Source: Polyangiaceae bacterium
GTDB lineage: Bacteria > Myxococcota_A > Polyangia > Polyangiales > Polyangiaceae
DNA length: 64,000 nucleotides
Assembly: GCA_035063585.1 (NCBI GenBank)
Contig: JAPSGB010000016.1
Location: 1 to 64,000 of the forward strand
Direction: 5' to 3'
A program made the position numbers and the translations under genes. Numbering within the stretch: position 1 is the first letter of the stretch; each line of letters starts with the position of its first letter. Below, in pieces: positions 39,013 to 48,056 of the stretch. The notes under the pieces are model-generated. The model was not told the DNA's origin. It saw only the letters and a program-made list of their open reading frames with translations, and made no database searches.

Positions 39013-40793
39013 AGACGCTTCCGCTGCTCACGCTCGCGGCGCTCGCCGCGGCGGTCGGCTGCCAGCCGAGCCAGCCTTACGACCACTACTGGAGTGCGCA
39101 GCACTGCTCCGTGTCGTTCGACTCGACGACCGACTGGAGCGGGATGCACGTCGCGCGGGCGGTGCGAGCGTCCGCCTACCTTCGCCGCGCGAACGGCGCC
39201 TCGTCGCTGCTCGTGCAGCTCGATGGCTACGGCTCCGGCATCGCCGAGCCGTACCCGGGCGGCCCGACGGTGCGCTTCGCGGTCCCGCCCGGCAGCGGTC
39301 CGGGTGACCTCGGCGTCGTGCTCGACGCGAGCGACGTGCGCGGCCCGACGGTGGTCGCGCCCGGCACCGCGTGGCTCATCCAGACCGACGGCGCCGACAC
39401 CTCGAAGCCCGAGGACAACTGGCGCTTCGGCCAAGGCACGCTCCGCGTCGAGACGCTCGCGCTCACCGAGAACGACACGGACGATCGCGACCTCGTCTCG
39501 CTCGATGCGGCGTTCGACCTCACCGGCGTCACCGTCGCCCCGCTGTCCGGAGAAGCCAGCACCGACCCGAGCGACGCCCCGAAGCCGGTCGGCGGCAAGC
39601 TCCGGCTTCGCTGCGCGGATCAGGCGCTCGTCGCGCCCGAGGGCGGTCTCGAGAACGACGCGGGCGACGACGACGCGAGCGTGCCGGACGGCGGCGCCGA
39701 CGACGGCGCACAGGATGCGGGGGACGAGGCGGAAGCCGGACCGAGCGCCTGCGGCAAGTCCGGCTCGTGCGCGAACCCCGCGTGCGGCGACTGTGACGGC
39801 GACACGGCGAACTTCTGCGAGACCGAGCTTCGCACGAGCGACCACTGCGGCAGCTGCGGCCGCTCGTGCGGGCCGGGCGGCTCGTGCAGCCCGCTCGGCG
39901 CCTGCGGGGGGCAGTCGGTCGCCACGGGGACGGCGACGGCCGTCGCGATCGGGTCGGCGGGCGTCGGATTTCTCGGACAGTCAGTCGGTGTGCGGTTCGC
40001 GCCGACCGGCGGCTCGCCGAACGTCCTGGCCGCGGGCGGCACCTACTCGACACAGGACGCGCTGGTGATCGACGGGGGGGATCTCTACTATGCCTCGTAC
40101 GCCGGGCTGTCGCGCGTCCCGTTGCCGAACGGAGCGCCCGTCGGTGTCGCAGGCGCCATCGACCCCGACTCGATCCGTCTCATCGGCGCCACCTCGACGC
40201 ACCTCTACGCGCTCACGCTGAACGAACAGGGGGCGCGCGACGTCGTGCGGCGCTACGACCGCACGACCTACACGTCCGAGCTCGTCGCCTGCCTCACGAT
40301 CGGCACCTACGACGCCGCCGTGTCGCCGTCCGGCGCGCTCTTCGTGTCCACCGGCGCCGCCCTCACGCGCTACGACGGCGTCGTCGGCGGCTCCTCGTGC
40401 CTATCGACGACCTCCGGTACGTCCCTCGTCTCCTCGACGCTACAAGAGGCCATCGTCCGCGTGGTTGCAGGCACGACGCGCGTCTTCTACGCGCGTGCGC
40501 AGGCCGGCGGCGCGGCGGTCCTCTCCCTCGACGCGTCCGGCCAAGGCACGCCGACCTCGCTCGGCGTCGCGGCCGCCTCGCCGATCGGCGGCCCGCTGCC
40601 CCTCGCCTGCGACGGGGACACGGTGTTCTGGGCGACCGTTTCGACACCAGGGGGCGGCGCCCTCGTCGTGAGCGGCGACGGGGGCGCGCCGCTCGCGTAT
40701 GCCGCGACGAACGCCGCCGTCGTCGGCCTCGCTGCGAGCCCCGCCGGCATCGCCTGGACCGACGTCACGGGCATCTTCCGCGTGTCGCGGTGA
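39009..40793 (+). CDS. Lipoprotein with acidic linker, Cys-rich module and beta-propeller-like C-terminus
   Basis: Lipobox AVGC and GDCDGDTANFCETELRTSDHCGSCGRSC. ATGA overlap with the previous gene. Confidence 0.7.
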   Translation: MKTLPLLTLAALAAAVGCQPSQPYDHYWSAQHCSVSFDSTTDWSGMHVARAVRASAYLRRANGASSLLVQLDGYGSGIAEPYPGGPTVRFAVPPGSGPGDLGVVLDASDVRGPTVVAPGTAWLIQTDGADTSKPEDNWRFGQGTLRVETLALTENDTDDRDLVSLDAAFDLTGVTVAPLSGEASTDPSDAPKPVGGKLRLRCADQALVAPEGGLENDAGDDDASVPDGGADDGAQDAGDEAEAGPSACGKSGSCANPACGDCDGDTANFCETELRTSDHCGSCGRSCGPGGSCSPLGACGGQSVATGTATAVAIGSAGVGFLGQSVGVRFAPTGGSPNVLAAGGTYSTQDALVIDGGDLYYASYAGLSRVPLPNGAPVGVAGAIDPDSIRLIGATSTHLYALTLNEQGARDVVRRYDRTTYTSELVACLTIGTYDAAVSPSGALFVSTGAALTRYDGVVGGSSCLSTTSGTSLVSSTLQEAIVRVVAGTTRVFYARAQAGGAAVLSLDASGQGTPTSLGVAAASPIGGPLPLACDGDTVFWATVSTPGGGALVVSGDGGAPLAYAATNAAVVGLAASPAGIAWTDVTGIFRVSR

Positions 40794-41143
40794 GCTACTG
40801 CCGTGCCGTGCCACCTCGTCCCCCGCCTGCCGGCGCGTGAGGACCAACCAGGGCCGCTCGCGGCCGAAGGGCTGCTTGCACGCCTCGGCAAGCAGGGTGA
40901 ACCCGTGCGCGTAGCGCACTTGAACTGCCACGACCCACCGAGCCATCGGGTACGCGCCGGCGGGGGCGCGTTCGAGGGATGGCCCCGGAAACGCCACGGC
41001 GCGACCCGCAAGATGAAGCGCTATAGGGTTTTCGGCGTCGCGCGCTGCAGGGGACACACGTTCGCGTTCGGCGAGGCCGCTCGGGGCGGGGACGCCCCGG
41101 AGCGTCTGTCTCTTCTACGACACGACGTGGTATCAGCTCTCGC

Positions 41144-41611
41144 GTGTCCCTCCCGAACTTCCCGCTCGAAGGCGGCTGTCGCTGCGATGCCGTTCGGTTT
41201 CGGGTGACCGATTCCCCACTCATCGAGTGCGCCTGTCATTGTCACGGCTGTCAGCGTATGTCCTCGAGCGCGTTCTCGCTGACCGCAATCTGCGCCGCAT
41301 CGGGCTTCGAGGTCATGAAGGGCAGCCCGGTGATCGGAGGCCTTCGCGATCCAGCGCTTCAGCATTTCTTCTGTGGCGACTGCATGACCTGGATGTTCAC
41401 GAGGCCCGCGGCGCTTCCGCAGGTCGTGAACGTGCGTCCCACCCTGCTGGATGAGCGAGCGTGGTTCGCGCCGTTCATGGAGACGTACACGTCCACACGG
41501 CTTCCGTGGGCGCAGACCGGGGCCGTGCGGTCCTTCGAGGCTTTCCCGCCGATGAACACCTTCAACGAACTATTGGAGGAGTACCGATCGTGGAGAGCGG
41601 CACGCCGGTAA
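41144..41611 (+). CDS. GFA family (glutathione-dependent formaldehyde-activating-like) protein
   Basis: EGGCRCDAVRF, CACHCHGCQRMSSSAF and FFCGDC. Confidence 0.9.
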   Translation: MSLPNFPLEGGCRCDAVRFRVTDSPLIECACHCHGCQRMSSSAFSLTAICAASGFEVMKGSPVIGGLRDPALQHFFCGDCMTWMFTRPAALPQVVNVRPTLLDERAWFAPFMETYTSTRLPWAQTGAVRSFEAFPPMNTFNELLEEYRSWRAARR

Positions 41612-41781
41612 AGGTGCCACTCCGCAACCCCATGGGGCCACCCCGTTTGCACGAGCAAGGGCCCAGAGGAACGGGCTGAACGACTCTCGCGTGGCGCCTC
41701 ACTCGGCCGGCGACGTCGGAGGTCGCCCACCCCGAAAACATCCCGGTGTCGCTGATGGGTCACGCGACGGCGCAAAGTGGC

Positions 41782-43440
41782 TCACGGTTCGAGCGCGTCC
41801 CAGAAATCGCAGGCCTCCTGCGCGACCCCGCTCGCGATACTGGGCGCGAGGTCGAGGACCAAGCTCTCGTCGCTCACCGGCTCGTACGCGGGCCAGGTGA
41901 GGCGGGCCTCGCCGTTTGGATCGCCGGCCGCCGCGAGCGCGCCCCAGTAGCCCATGACGAGGCGCGCGAGCGGCGCGTCGTGCGCGGACGGCGCGAGCGG
42001 GAGCTGAGCGGTCGGGTTCCCGAACACGAAGGGCAGCTCGGAGGAGTGGAACACGCCGAGGTCTGGGATGGTCGGATCCGCGCTCTCGTGCGCGAAGTGA
42101 TAGAGAAACGTTGGAGCGCCGCCGCGTGCGAGGGTGCGAGCGAGCGAGCGCGTGGGGCACACGAAGAAGCCGTCGCCGAAGGCGCGCGCGGCCGCCTGCC
42201 GCGGCGAGGCAAACTCGCTGCTCGGGTAGCGTGCGATGATGTCGGCGCCGTGCCCCGGGGCGAGCGACTCGGCGAACGCCTGGTACGAGGCGTCGTCCTC
42301 GACCACGTCTCCCGATGAGAAGAACAAGGTGCCCTCGTCCGCGTTCGCGCCAAGGATGGTGGGCACACGGACGAACTCGCCGGCGGCGAAGAGCTCTCGC
42401 GGCGGCCGTGCGAGCTCGAGACCATCGACGCTCGGCCACCACTCGGTCGAGCCGGCGAGCGCGCCGAGCGCGCTGGTCGGCAGCGCTTCCACCAGCGCCC
42501 GGGTCGACACCCGGCGCAGGCACCCCCGGGTACGCGCGTCATCGAAGCCGTCGCAGCCGAGCGCGGCGATGAGCCGTGCGCCCTGCGCCTCGGCCGCCTC
42601 ACGGGTCACGTGCTTGGAGACCGAGCACGCGCCGCTCTCGAGGATCACGCGATGAAAGAGCCCGCGGCTCGGCGTCGAGACGAGGTGCAGGCACGCGCTC
42701 AGGGCGCCCGCGGACTCGCCGAACAGCGTCACGCGCTCCGGATCGCCGCCGAGCGCGGCGATGTTCGCCTTCACCCACGCGAGCGCCGCGCGCTGATCCT
42801 CGAGGCCGTACATGCCCGAGGACGGATGCTTCTCGTCTTCCTGGCGGAGCACGCGCGCAGCCAGGAAGCCGAACGCGCCGAGCCGGTAGTTCAGGGTGAC
42901 CACGACCGTGCCGGTCGCTTCCGCGAGCTTGCGGCCGTCGTAGTCGGGCTGCGCGCCGCTGCCGACCACGAACGAGCCGCCGTGGAGCCAGACCATCACC
43001 GGCGCGCGCTTGGCGCCGGCTGGCGACCAGACGTTCAAGGTCAGGCAGTCCTCCTCGGTGCCCTTGAAGTACGACGCCACGAACGGCTGCCGCTGCGCGC
43101 ACGGGGGCGCGCGCTGCACCGCGTAGCGCTCTCGCTGCCACGCCGGATGCGGTCGCGGGGGGCGGAACCGCAGGTCACCTACCGGCGGCTCCGCGTATGG
43201 GATCCCGAGGAAGACGCGCGTCGTGCCCTCGAGGCGCCCGACGATCGAGCCAGCCTCGGTCATGATTCGAGACGCGGCTCCAGCGCTCCCGCCGCCAGCG
43301 TCGCTCACCGGCGCTCGCCCGCCGGCGCCGCTCGCGTCCGCGCCCGCGTCGACCCCCGCGCCGGTGAGACCCCCGCACCCCACCGCCAAGAGCAGCGCCG
43401 TGCCGAGCGCCGCTCTCGGCCCCCGAGCCCGCTCACTCAT
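41782..43440 (-). CDS. Type-B carboxylesterase/lipase, predicted lipoprotein
   Basis: FLGIPYAEPPVGDLRF, EDCLTLNVW, WLHGG, FGESAG, NADEG and HSSEL. Lipobox AVGC. Confidence 0.92.
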   Translation of the reverse strand: MSERARGPRAALGTALLLAVGCGGLTGAGVDAGADASGAGGRAPVSDAGGGSAGAASRIMTEAGSIVGRLEGTTRVFLGIPYAEPPVGDLRFRPPRPHPAWQRERYAVQRAPPCAQRQPFVASYFKGTEEDCLTLNVWSPAGAKRAPVMVWLHGGSFVVGSGAQPDYDGRKLAEATGTVVVTLNYRLGAFGFLAARVLRQEDEKHPSSGMYGLEDQRAALAWVKANIAALGGDPERVTLFGESAGALSACLHLVSTPSRGLFHRVILESGACSVSKHVTREAAEAQGARLIAALGCDGFDDARTRGCLRRVSTRALVEALPTSALGALAGSTEWWPSVDGLELARPPRELFAAGEFVRVPTILGANADEGTLFFSSGDVVEDDASYQAFAESLAPGHGADIIARYPSSEFASPRQAAARAFGDGFFVCPTRSLARTLARGGAPTFLYHFAHESADPTIPDLGVFHSSELPFVFGNPTAQLPLAPSAHDAPLARLVMGYWGALAAAGDPNGEARLTWPAYEPVSDESLVLDLAPSIASGVAQEACDFWDALEP

Positions 43441-44800
43441 CGGGCTCGGCCTTCGCGCCGCGGATCCGCGCCAGTCGCTCGCCGATCGCCTTCTCGAGCC
43501 CGTGCTCGCTCGGCTCGTAGAAGCGAGCGCCGCGAAGCTCGTCGGGTAGATACGTCTCACCCGGCGCGAATCCCTCCTCGAAATCGTGCGCGTACTGGTA
43601 CCCGTCCCCATAGCCCTGCTCGCGCATGAGGCGAGTGGTCGCGTTGCGGAGCCGCTTCGGCACCGCGAGCGCGCCGTGCTCCTCGATGGCGGCGCGCGCG
43701 CGGGTGAACGCGCGCCCGACGCGGTTCGACTTCGGGCAGCTCGCCAAGTAGAGACATGCGTGCGCGATGGGGTAGAGGCCCTCCGGCATCCCCATTCGAC
43801 GAAACGCCGCGTCCGCGTCCACGGCGACCGAGAGCGCGCGCGGGTCGGCGTTGCCGACGTCCTCGCTCGCGAAGATCATGAGCCGGCGGAGGACAAAGAG
43901 CGGGTCGTCGCCGGCCTCGAGCATCCGCATGAGATAATAGATGGCAGCGTCCGGATCGCTGCCGCGCATGCTCTTGATGAGCGCGCTCGCGACGTTATAG
44001 TGCTCCTCGCCGCTCTTGTCGTAGAGGAGCGTGCGATCTTCGGTAGCGCGCGCGACCAGCGGCACGTCGAGCCGCGACTCGCCCGAGGCGAGCAAGGACG
44101 CCGTCGTCTCGAGCAGCCCGAGCGCGCGGCGCGCATCGCCCCGCGCGGCGCGCGCGAGCGCGCGGAGCGCGTCGTCGTCGGCGCTGAGCCGCTCCGCGCC
44201 AAGCCCACGTTCCGCGTCGTCGAGCGCGCGGCGGAGCAGCACGACGAGGTCGTCTTCCGCGAGCGGCTCCAGCCGAAATACCTTGCAGCGCGAGAGCACG
44301 GCGGCGTTGACGGCGAATGACGGGTTCTCGGTCGTCGCGCCGATCAGCGTGACGGTGCCGTTCTCGAGGTGCGGCAGAAAGGCGTCTTGTTGAGCCTTGT
44401 TGAAGCGGTGGATCTCGTCCACGAAGAGGATCGTCGCGCGGCCCTGATAGGCGCGGCGTTCCTTGGCCGCCTGGATGATCTCGCGGAGCTCCGGCACGCC
44501 GCCGAGCACGGCCGAGAACGGCACGAAGTCCGAGCGCGTCACGTGGCTCACCACGGTCGCGAGCGTCGTCTTCCCGGAGCCCGGCGGCCCCCACAAGATG
44601 AGTGAGGGTACCCGATCTCCCGCGATGGCCTGGGCGAGCAGCTTGCCCTCGCCGAGCACCGCGCGCTGCCCGACCACCTCGGCGATGGTGCGCGGGCGCA
44701 TGCGATCCGCGAGCGGCGGCGGCGGGCCGCCGAGCGCGCCGCGCCGGGCCGCGGCCTCGAGCAGCGTCGGGCCCTCGTCGCGCCGCCCGCGCCGGGTCAC
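43433..44800 (-). CDS. rarA: Replication-associated recombination protein A (MgsA)
   Basis: PLADRMRP, WGPPGSGKTT, FVDEIHRFNKAQQDAFLP, SALIKSMRGSDPDAA and ASEDVGNADP. Confidence 0.96.
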   Translation of the reverse strand: MTRRGRRDEGPTLLEAAARRGALGGPPPPLADRMRPRTIAEVVGQRAVLGEGKLLAQAIAGDRVPSLILWGPPGSGKTTLATVVSHVTRSDFVPFSAVLGGVPELREIIQAAKERRAYQGRATILFVDEIHRFNKAQQDAFLPHLENGTVTLIGATTENPSFAVNAAVLSRCKVFRLEPLAEDDLVVLLRRALDDAERGLGAERLSADDDALRALARAARGDARRALGLLETTASLLASGESRLDVPLVARATEDRTLLYDKSGEEHYNVASALIKSMRGSDPDAAIYYLMRMLEAGDDPLFVLRRLMIFASEDVGNADPRALSVAVDADAAFRRMGMPEGLYPIAHACLYLASCPKSNRVGRAFTRARAAIEEHGALAVPKRLRNATTRLMREQGYGDGYQYAHDFEEGFAPGETYLPDELRGARFYEPSEHGLEKAIGERLARIRGAKAEPDE

Positions 44801-45483
44801 GGTCCGCGCGCTCCGAAGATCGCAGTCCCCACCCGGACGATGGTCGCCCCGGCCAGGATCGCGTGCTCGAGATCGTGGGTCATGCCCATGCTGAGCTCGG
44901 GGAGCCGCGCCGCGCCGCCGTGCGCGTCCCGGAGCGCTCGGAGCTCGTCGAAGTAGGGCCGCGCGCCCGCCGGATCCTCGGTGTGGGGCGGCACCGTCAT
45001 CAAGCCGGCGAGCGCGAGCGCCGGCTCGGCGTCGCTCGCCGCGAGCACGTCTTCGAGCTCGCGCGGCGCGCACCCGCTCTTCTGCGCCTCTCCGCCGAGG
45101 TTCACCTCGGCCAGCACGGTGAGGAGCACGCCCGCGCCCGCCGCCCGCTTGCCGAGCTCGCGCGCCAGCCGCGTGGAGTCCACCGTGTGCACGGCGCGCG
45201 CGACCCGCACCACCTGCCGTGCCTTGTTGGTCTGGAGGTGACCTATCATGTGCCAGGAGAGCTCGGGCAGATCAGCGAGCGCTTCGGCCTTCGCGAGCAG
45301 CTCCTGCACGTAGTTCTCGCCGAAATCGCGCTGGCCGGCGGCGTACGCCTCGCGGAGCGCGCTGGCTGGCTTGGTCTTCGACACCGCTAGGAGCCGCACC
45401 GACGCCGGGTCGCGCCCGGCCACGTCCGCTGCGCGAGCGATCCGCTCGCGCACCCGGGAGAGACCCTCGGCCACCGTGCTCAT
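44797..45483 (-). CDS. yggS: PLP homeostasis protein
   Basis: LLAVSKTKP, FGENYVQE, WHMIGHLQTNK, LSMGMTHD and VRVGTAIFG. Confidence 0.96.
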   Translation of the reverse strand: MSTVAEGLSRVRERIARAADVAGRDPASVRLLAVSKTKPASALREAYAAGQRDFGENYVQELLAKAEALADLPELSWHMIGHLQTNKARQVVRVARAVHTVDSTRLARELGKRAAGAGVLLTVLAEVNLGGEAQKSGCAPRELEDVLAASDAEPALALAGLMTVPPHTEDPAGARPYFDELRALRDAHGGAARLPELSMGMTHDLEHAILAGATIVRVGTAIFGARGP

Positions 45484-45577
45484 CGCCTGGAGCCTAGATC
45501 AACGGGCGGCGCGAGCCACGTCCCGGCGCGCTCGACGCCGCCTCAGGAACGCCACGCGGACGAGCTCACGCGCGTGG

Positions 45578-46111
45578 TCACGGCGCTCGCTCGAGCGTGA
45601 CCGGCGCGGCGCGCACGGTGAGGCTGTCACCGCTCGACGCCGAGAGCGTGCCCTTCGCCGCCGCTCCTTCGCGCCGCGCCACCACCGAGCCATGAAACGC
45701 CTTCACGCCCGGCTCGGCCGGCTCGAGCACGAGCCGGAGCGCCTCGTCGTCCGCGTGACCGCTCACCGTGAGCGCGCCGAGCGGCCCCGTCGAGCTGCCC
45801 TGGATCGTGCCCGCCTCATCGACCACGACGCTGAGCGTCCCTCTCCCCGCGCCCGCGTCGCCGGGATCCATGCCCCAGTCGCGCACGGCGCCTTGGGCCG
45901 CGGTCATGTCGATGACATGCCGCGCGGCGTCGTAGCTCCCCTCCCATTTTCCAAAGTACCAGGGCTTCGGGGGTTCTGGTTGCTCCGACGCGGCCGGCGG
46001 CGCGGACGCGGCGGCCGCGCTCGGCGCGCCCTCGGACGTGGAAGGCGGCGTCTTGCACGCCGCGAGGCTCGTCGCGAGCGCGACGAGCAACCAGCCGCGC
46101 GGGCCCGTCAT
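45578..46111 (-). CDS. Hypothetical lipoprotein
   Basis: Lipobox LAAC and ATGA overlap with the sctQ-like gene. Confidence 0.7.
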   Translation of the reverse strand: MTGPRGWLLVALATSLAACKTPPSTSEGAPSAAAASAPPAASEQPEPPKPWYFGKWEGSYDAARHVIDMTAAQGAVRDWGMDPGDAGAGRGTLSVVVDEAGTIQGSSTGPLGALTVSGHADDEALRLVLEPAEPGVKAFHGSVVARREGAAAKGTLSASSGDSLTVRAAPVTLERAP

Positions 46112-47229
46112 GGCGTCGCGTCTCCGAGCAGGGTGAGGATCCGGACCCCGAGCTCGCCCTCGAGGTCGACGAGCTCGCCCTCGGCGACCGCGCGACCCGC
46201 GACGCGCAGGATCGCGTGGTCGCCCACGCGTCGACCGGCCTCGAGCACGTCGCCGGGTCGAAGCTCGGCCCACTCGCGGGCGGTGAGGCTCACCGCGCCG
46301 AGCTCCACGCGCACCACGATGGGGGCGTCGAGGACCGCGTCGTTGAGCGTCTCGATGCTGGTGTCGTCTTCGGAGGTCATGTCGTCATAGGGAGGGGGCG
46401 AGGCGGGCGCGTCCGCGTCCAAGCCGAGCGCGACGCGCTCATCCCGTAGCACGACCGACCCGTCTCGAGCCAAATCGACGCGCCACCCGCGCTCTCCGCC
46501 AGGCGCCGCGAGCGCGCCCGAGCCGGCGCCGTCCGCGGCGATGGTCCAGCCCGCGCCCGGCAGGAACGCGCCGCCCGGCCCGAGCAGCTCGAGCTCGGCG
46601 CGCGCGACGACGGCTCGCGCGACCACCAGCGGGACCGCGATCTCGAGCGCGCCGAGCGCGCGGAGCGCGCGCGGCGCCCGAGCCGGCGTGCTCTGCCCGG
46701 GCCCGTCGATCCACACCGACGCGGCGAACAGGCGCTCCTCGACCCGCGCGGTGAGGGGGACGGAGACACCCGCGCCGCGCGCCGCGTCGCCCGGCTCGCG
46801 GAGCACGAGCGCGTGCTCGCGCGCGCCGCGCCGGGCGATCTCGAGCACGATCGCGGCGAGCGCGCCGGTGAGCGCCGCGTCGAAGGGCGCGTCGGGCGCG
46901 GCCATCGGCGCCGCGCGTCCGAGCACCCGCGCGACCATCAGGCTCGCGAGATCCGCCTCGAGCGTGAGCTCGACGACGAGGTCCTCGCCGCCGAGCATGA
47001 AGCCGACGCGCGGCCCGAGCGCACGCGGCGCGCGCTCGAGCGCCACCGGCTCGCCCGCGGTGAGAGCGACGCTCGCGCCGAGCGTCTCGGACGCGAGCTC
47101 GCCGAGGGTCCGGAGCGCGGGCGCGCGCGAGCGCGCCTCCTCGACCCAGCGCGCGGAGCGGAGCGTGGCGCGCGCGAGCCGCGGCAGCGCTCGCCACGGA
47201 AACGGCTGGACCGTCGCGCCCCGCGTCAT
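46108..47229 (-). CDS. sctQ: Type III secretion cytoplasmic ring protein SctQ-like (FliM/FliN SpoA domains)
   Basis: C-terminal DAPIVVRVELGAVSLTAREWAELRPGDVLE...AEGELVDLEGELGVRIL, with a second degenerate SpoA domain upstream. Confidence 0.8.
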   Translation of the reverse strand: MTRGATVQPFPWRALPRLARATLRSARWVEEARSRAPALRTLGELASETLGASVALTAGEPVALERAPRALGPRVGFMLGGEDLVVELTLEADLASLMVARVLGRAAPMAAPDAPFDAALTGALAAIVLEIARRGAREHALVLREPGDAARGAGVSVPLTARVEERLFAASVWIDGPGQSTPARAPRALRALGALEIAVPLVVARAVVARAELELLGPGGAFLPGAGWTIAADGAGSGALAAPGGERGWRVDLARDGSVVLRDERVALGLDADAPASPPPYDDMTSEDDTSIETLNDAVLDAPIVVRVELGAVSLTAREWAELRPGDVLEAGRRVGDHAILRVAGRAVAEGELVDLEGELGVRILTLLGDATP

Positions 47230-47432
47230 CTCGCGCCGGATGGTACACGCGCGGGGCCGCGCGGCGCTCGACGAGCGCCCCGCGTGGTTCCGCGCCGGAC
47301 CGACAAAACCAAGTTATTCTAATGACTTATGAACTGTTGGCGGCTTCGTGCGGCGCGCTCGCGCGCGGGTGGGCGGCGCCCGCGGAGGCGGCGGCGTGGT
47401 CGGAAGTCGGCGGGTCGTGATAGCTTTCCCGC

Positions 47433-48053
47433 ATGATTTCCCGTCTCGCCGTGCCCGTCGCCCTCGCCGTCGCGTGCCTCTCGGGCAGCGCGCTCGCCGA
47501 CAAGCCCGCGAAGGGCGAGAAGGCCGCGGCGAGCGCCGACCAGGTGCGACGCGACCCTAAGGGTGTGAAGGGGATCAGCCCGTTCGGGGAGGCGCTCAAG
47601 CGCGGCGATGACGCGATCGTGGCGCGCGATCTCGACGGCGCGATCACCGCTTATCGTGACGCCATCACCAAGGAACCGCAGAACGCGCTCGGGCACTACC
47701 GGCTGGGCGAGGCGCAGCTCCTGAAGGGCGATATCAAGGAGGCAGACGCCTCCTGGGCGAACGCGCTCAGGTTCGTCGGGGACGACTGGGCGCTCAAGGG
47801 CAAGATTCTCCTTTGTATCGCCGGCCTGCGTGAGCAGCAGAAGTCTTACGACGACGCCACCGACAGCTACACGCAGTACGAGGCGCTCGGCAAGGAGCAC
47901 CAGGACGCCAAGACGTATCCCGCCACGGCCGCCAAGCGAAAAGAGGCGATCACGACCTGGAAGCAGCTCGAGAAGGACTACGGCGAGGTCCGTAAGCGGA
48001 TCGAGGCGCGCCTTCGCGACGCGGACGCCAAGGCCGCAAAGAGCGCGAAGTAG
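47433..48053 (+). CDS. Exported TPR protein
   Basis: Signal peptide ending ALA-D and TPR-like helices (AITAYRDAITKEPQNALGHYRLGEA). Confidence 0.8.
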   Translation: MISRLAVPVALAVACLSGSALADKPAKGEKAAASADQVRRDPKGVKGISPFGEALKRGDDAIVARDLDGAITAYRDAITKEPQNALGHYRLGEAQLLKGDIKEADASWANALRFVGDDWALKGKILLCIAGLREQQKSYDDATDSYTQYEALGKEHQDAKTYPATAAKRKEAITTWKQLEKDYGEVRKRIEARLRDADAKAAKSAK

Positions 48054-48056
48054 CGC

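Noticed and set aside
47305..47340. Chromosomal dif site
   Set aside because: No convincing XerD arm (TTATGTTAAAT) at the correct 6-bp spacing.
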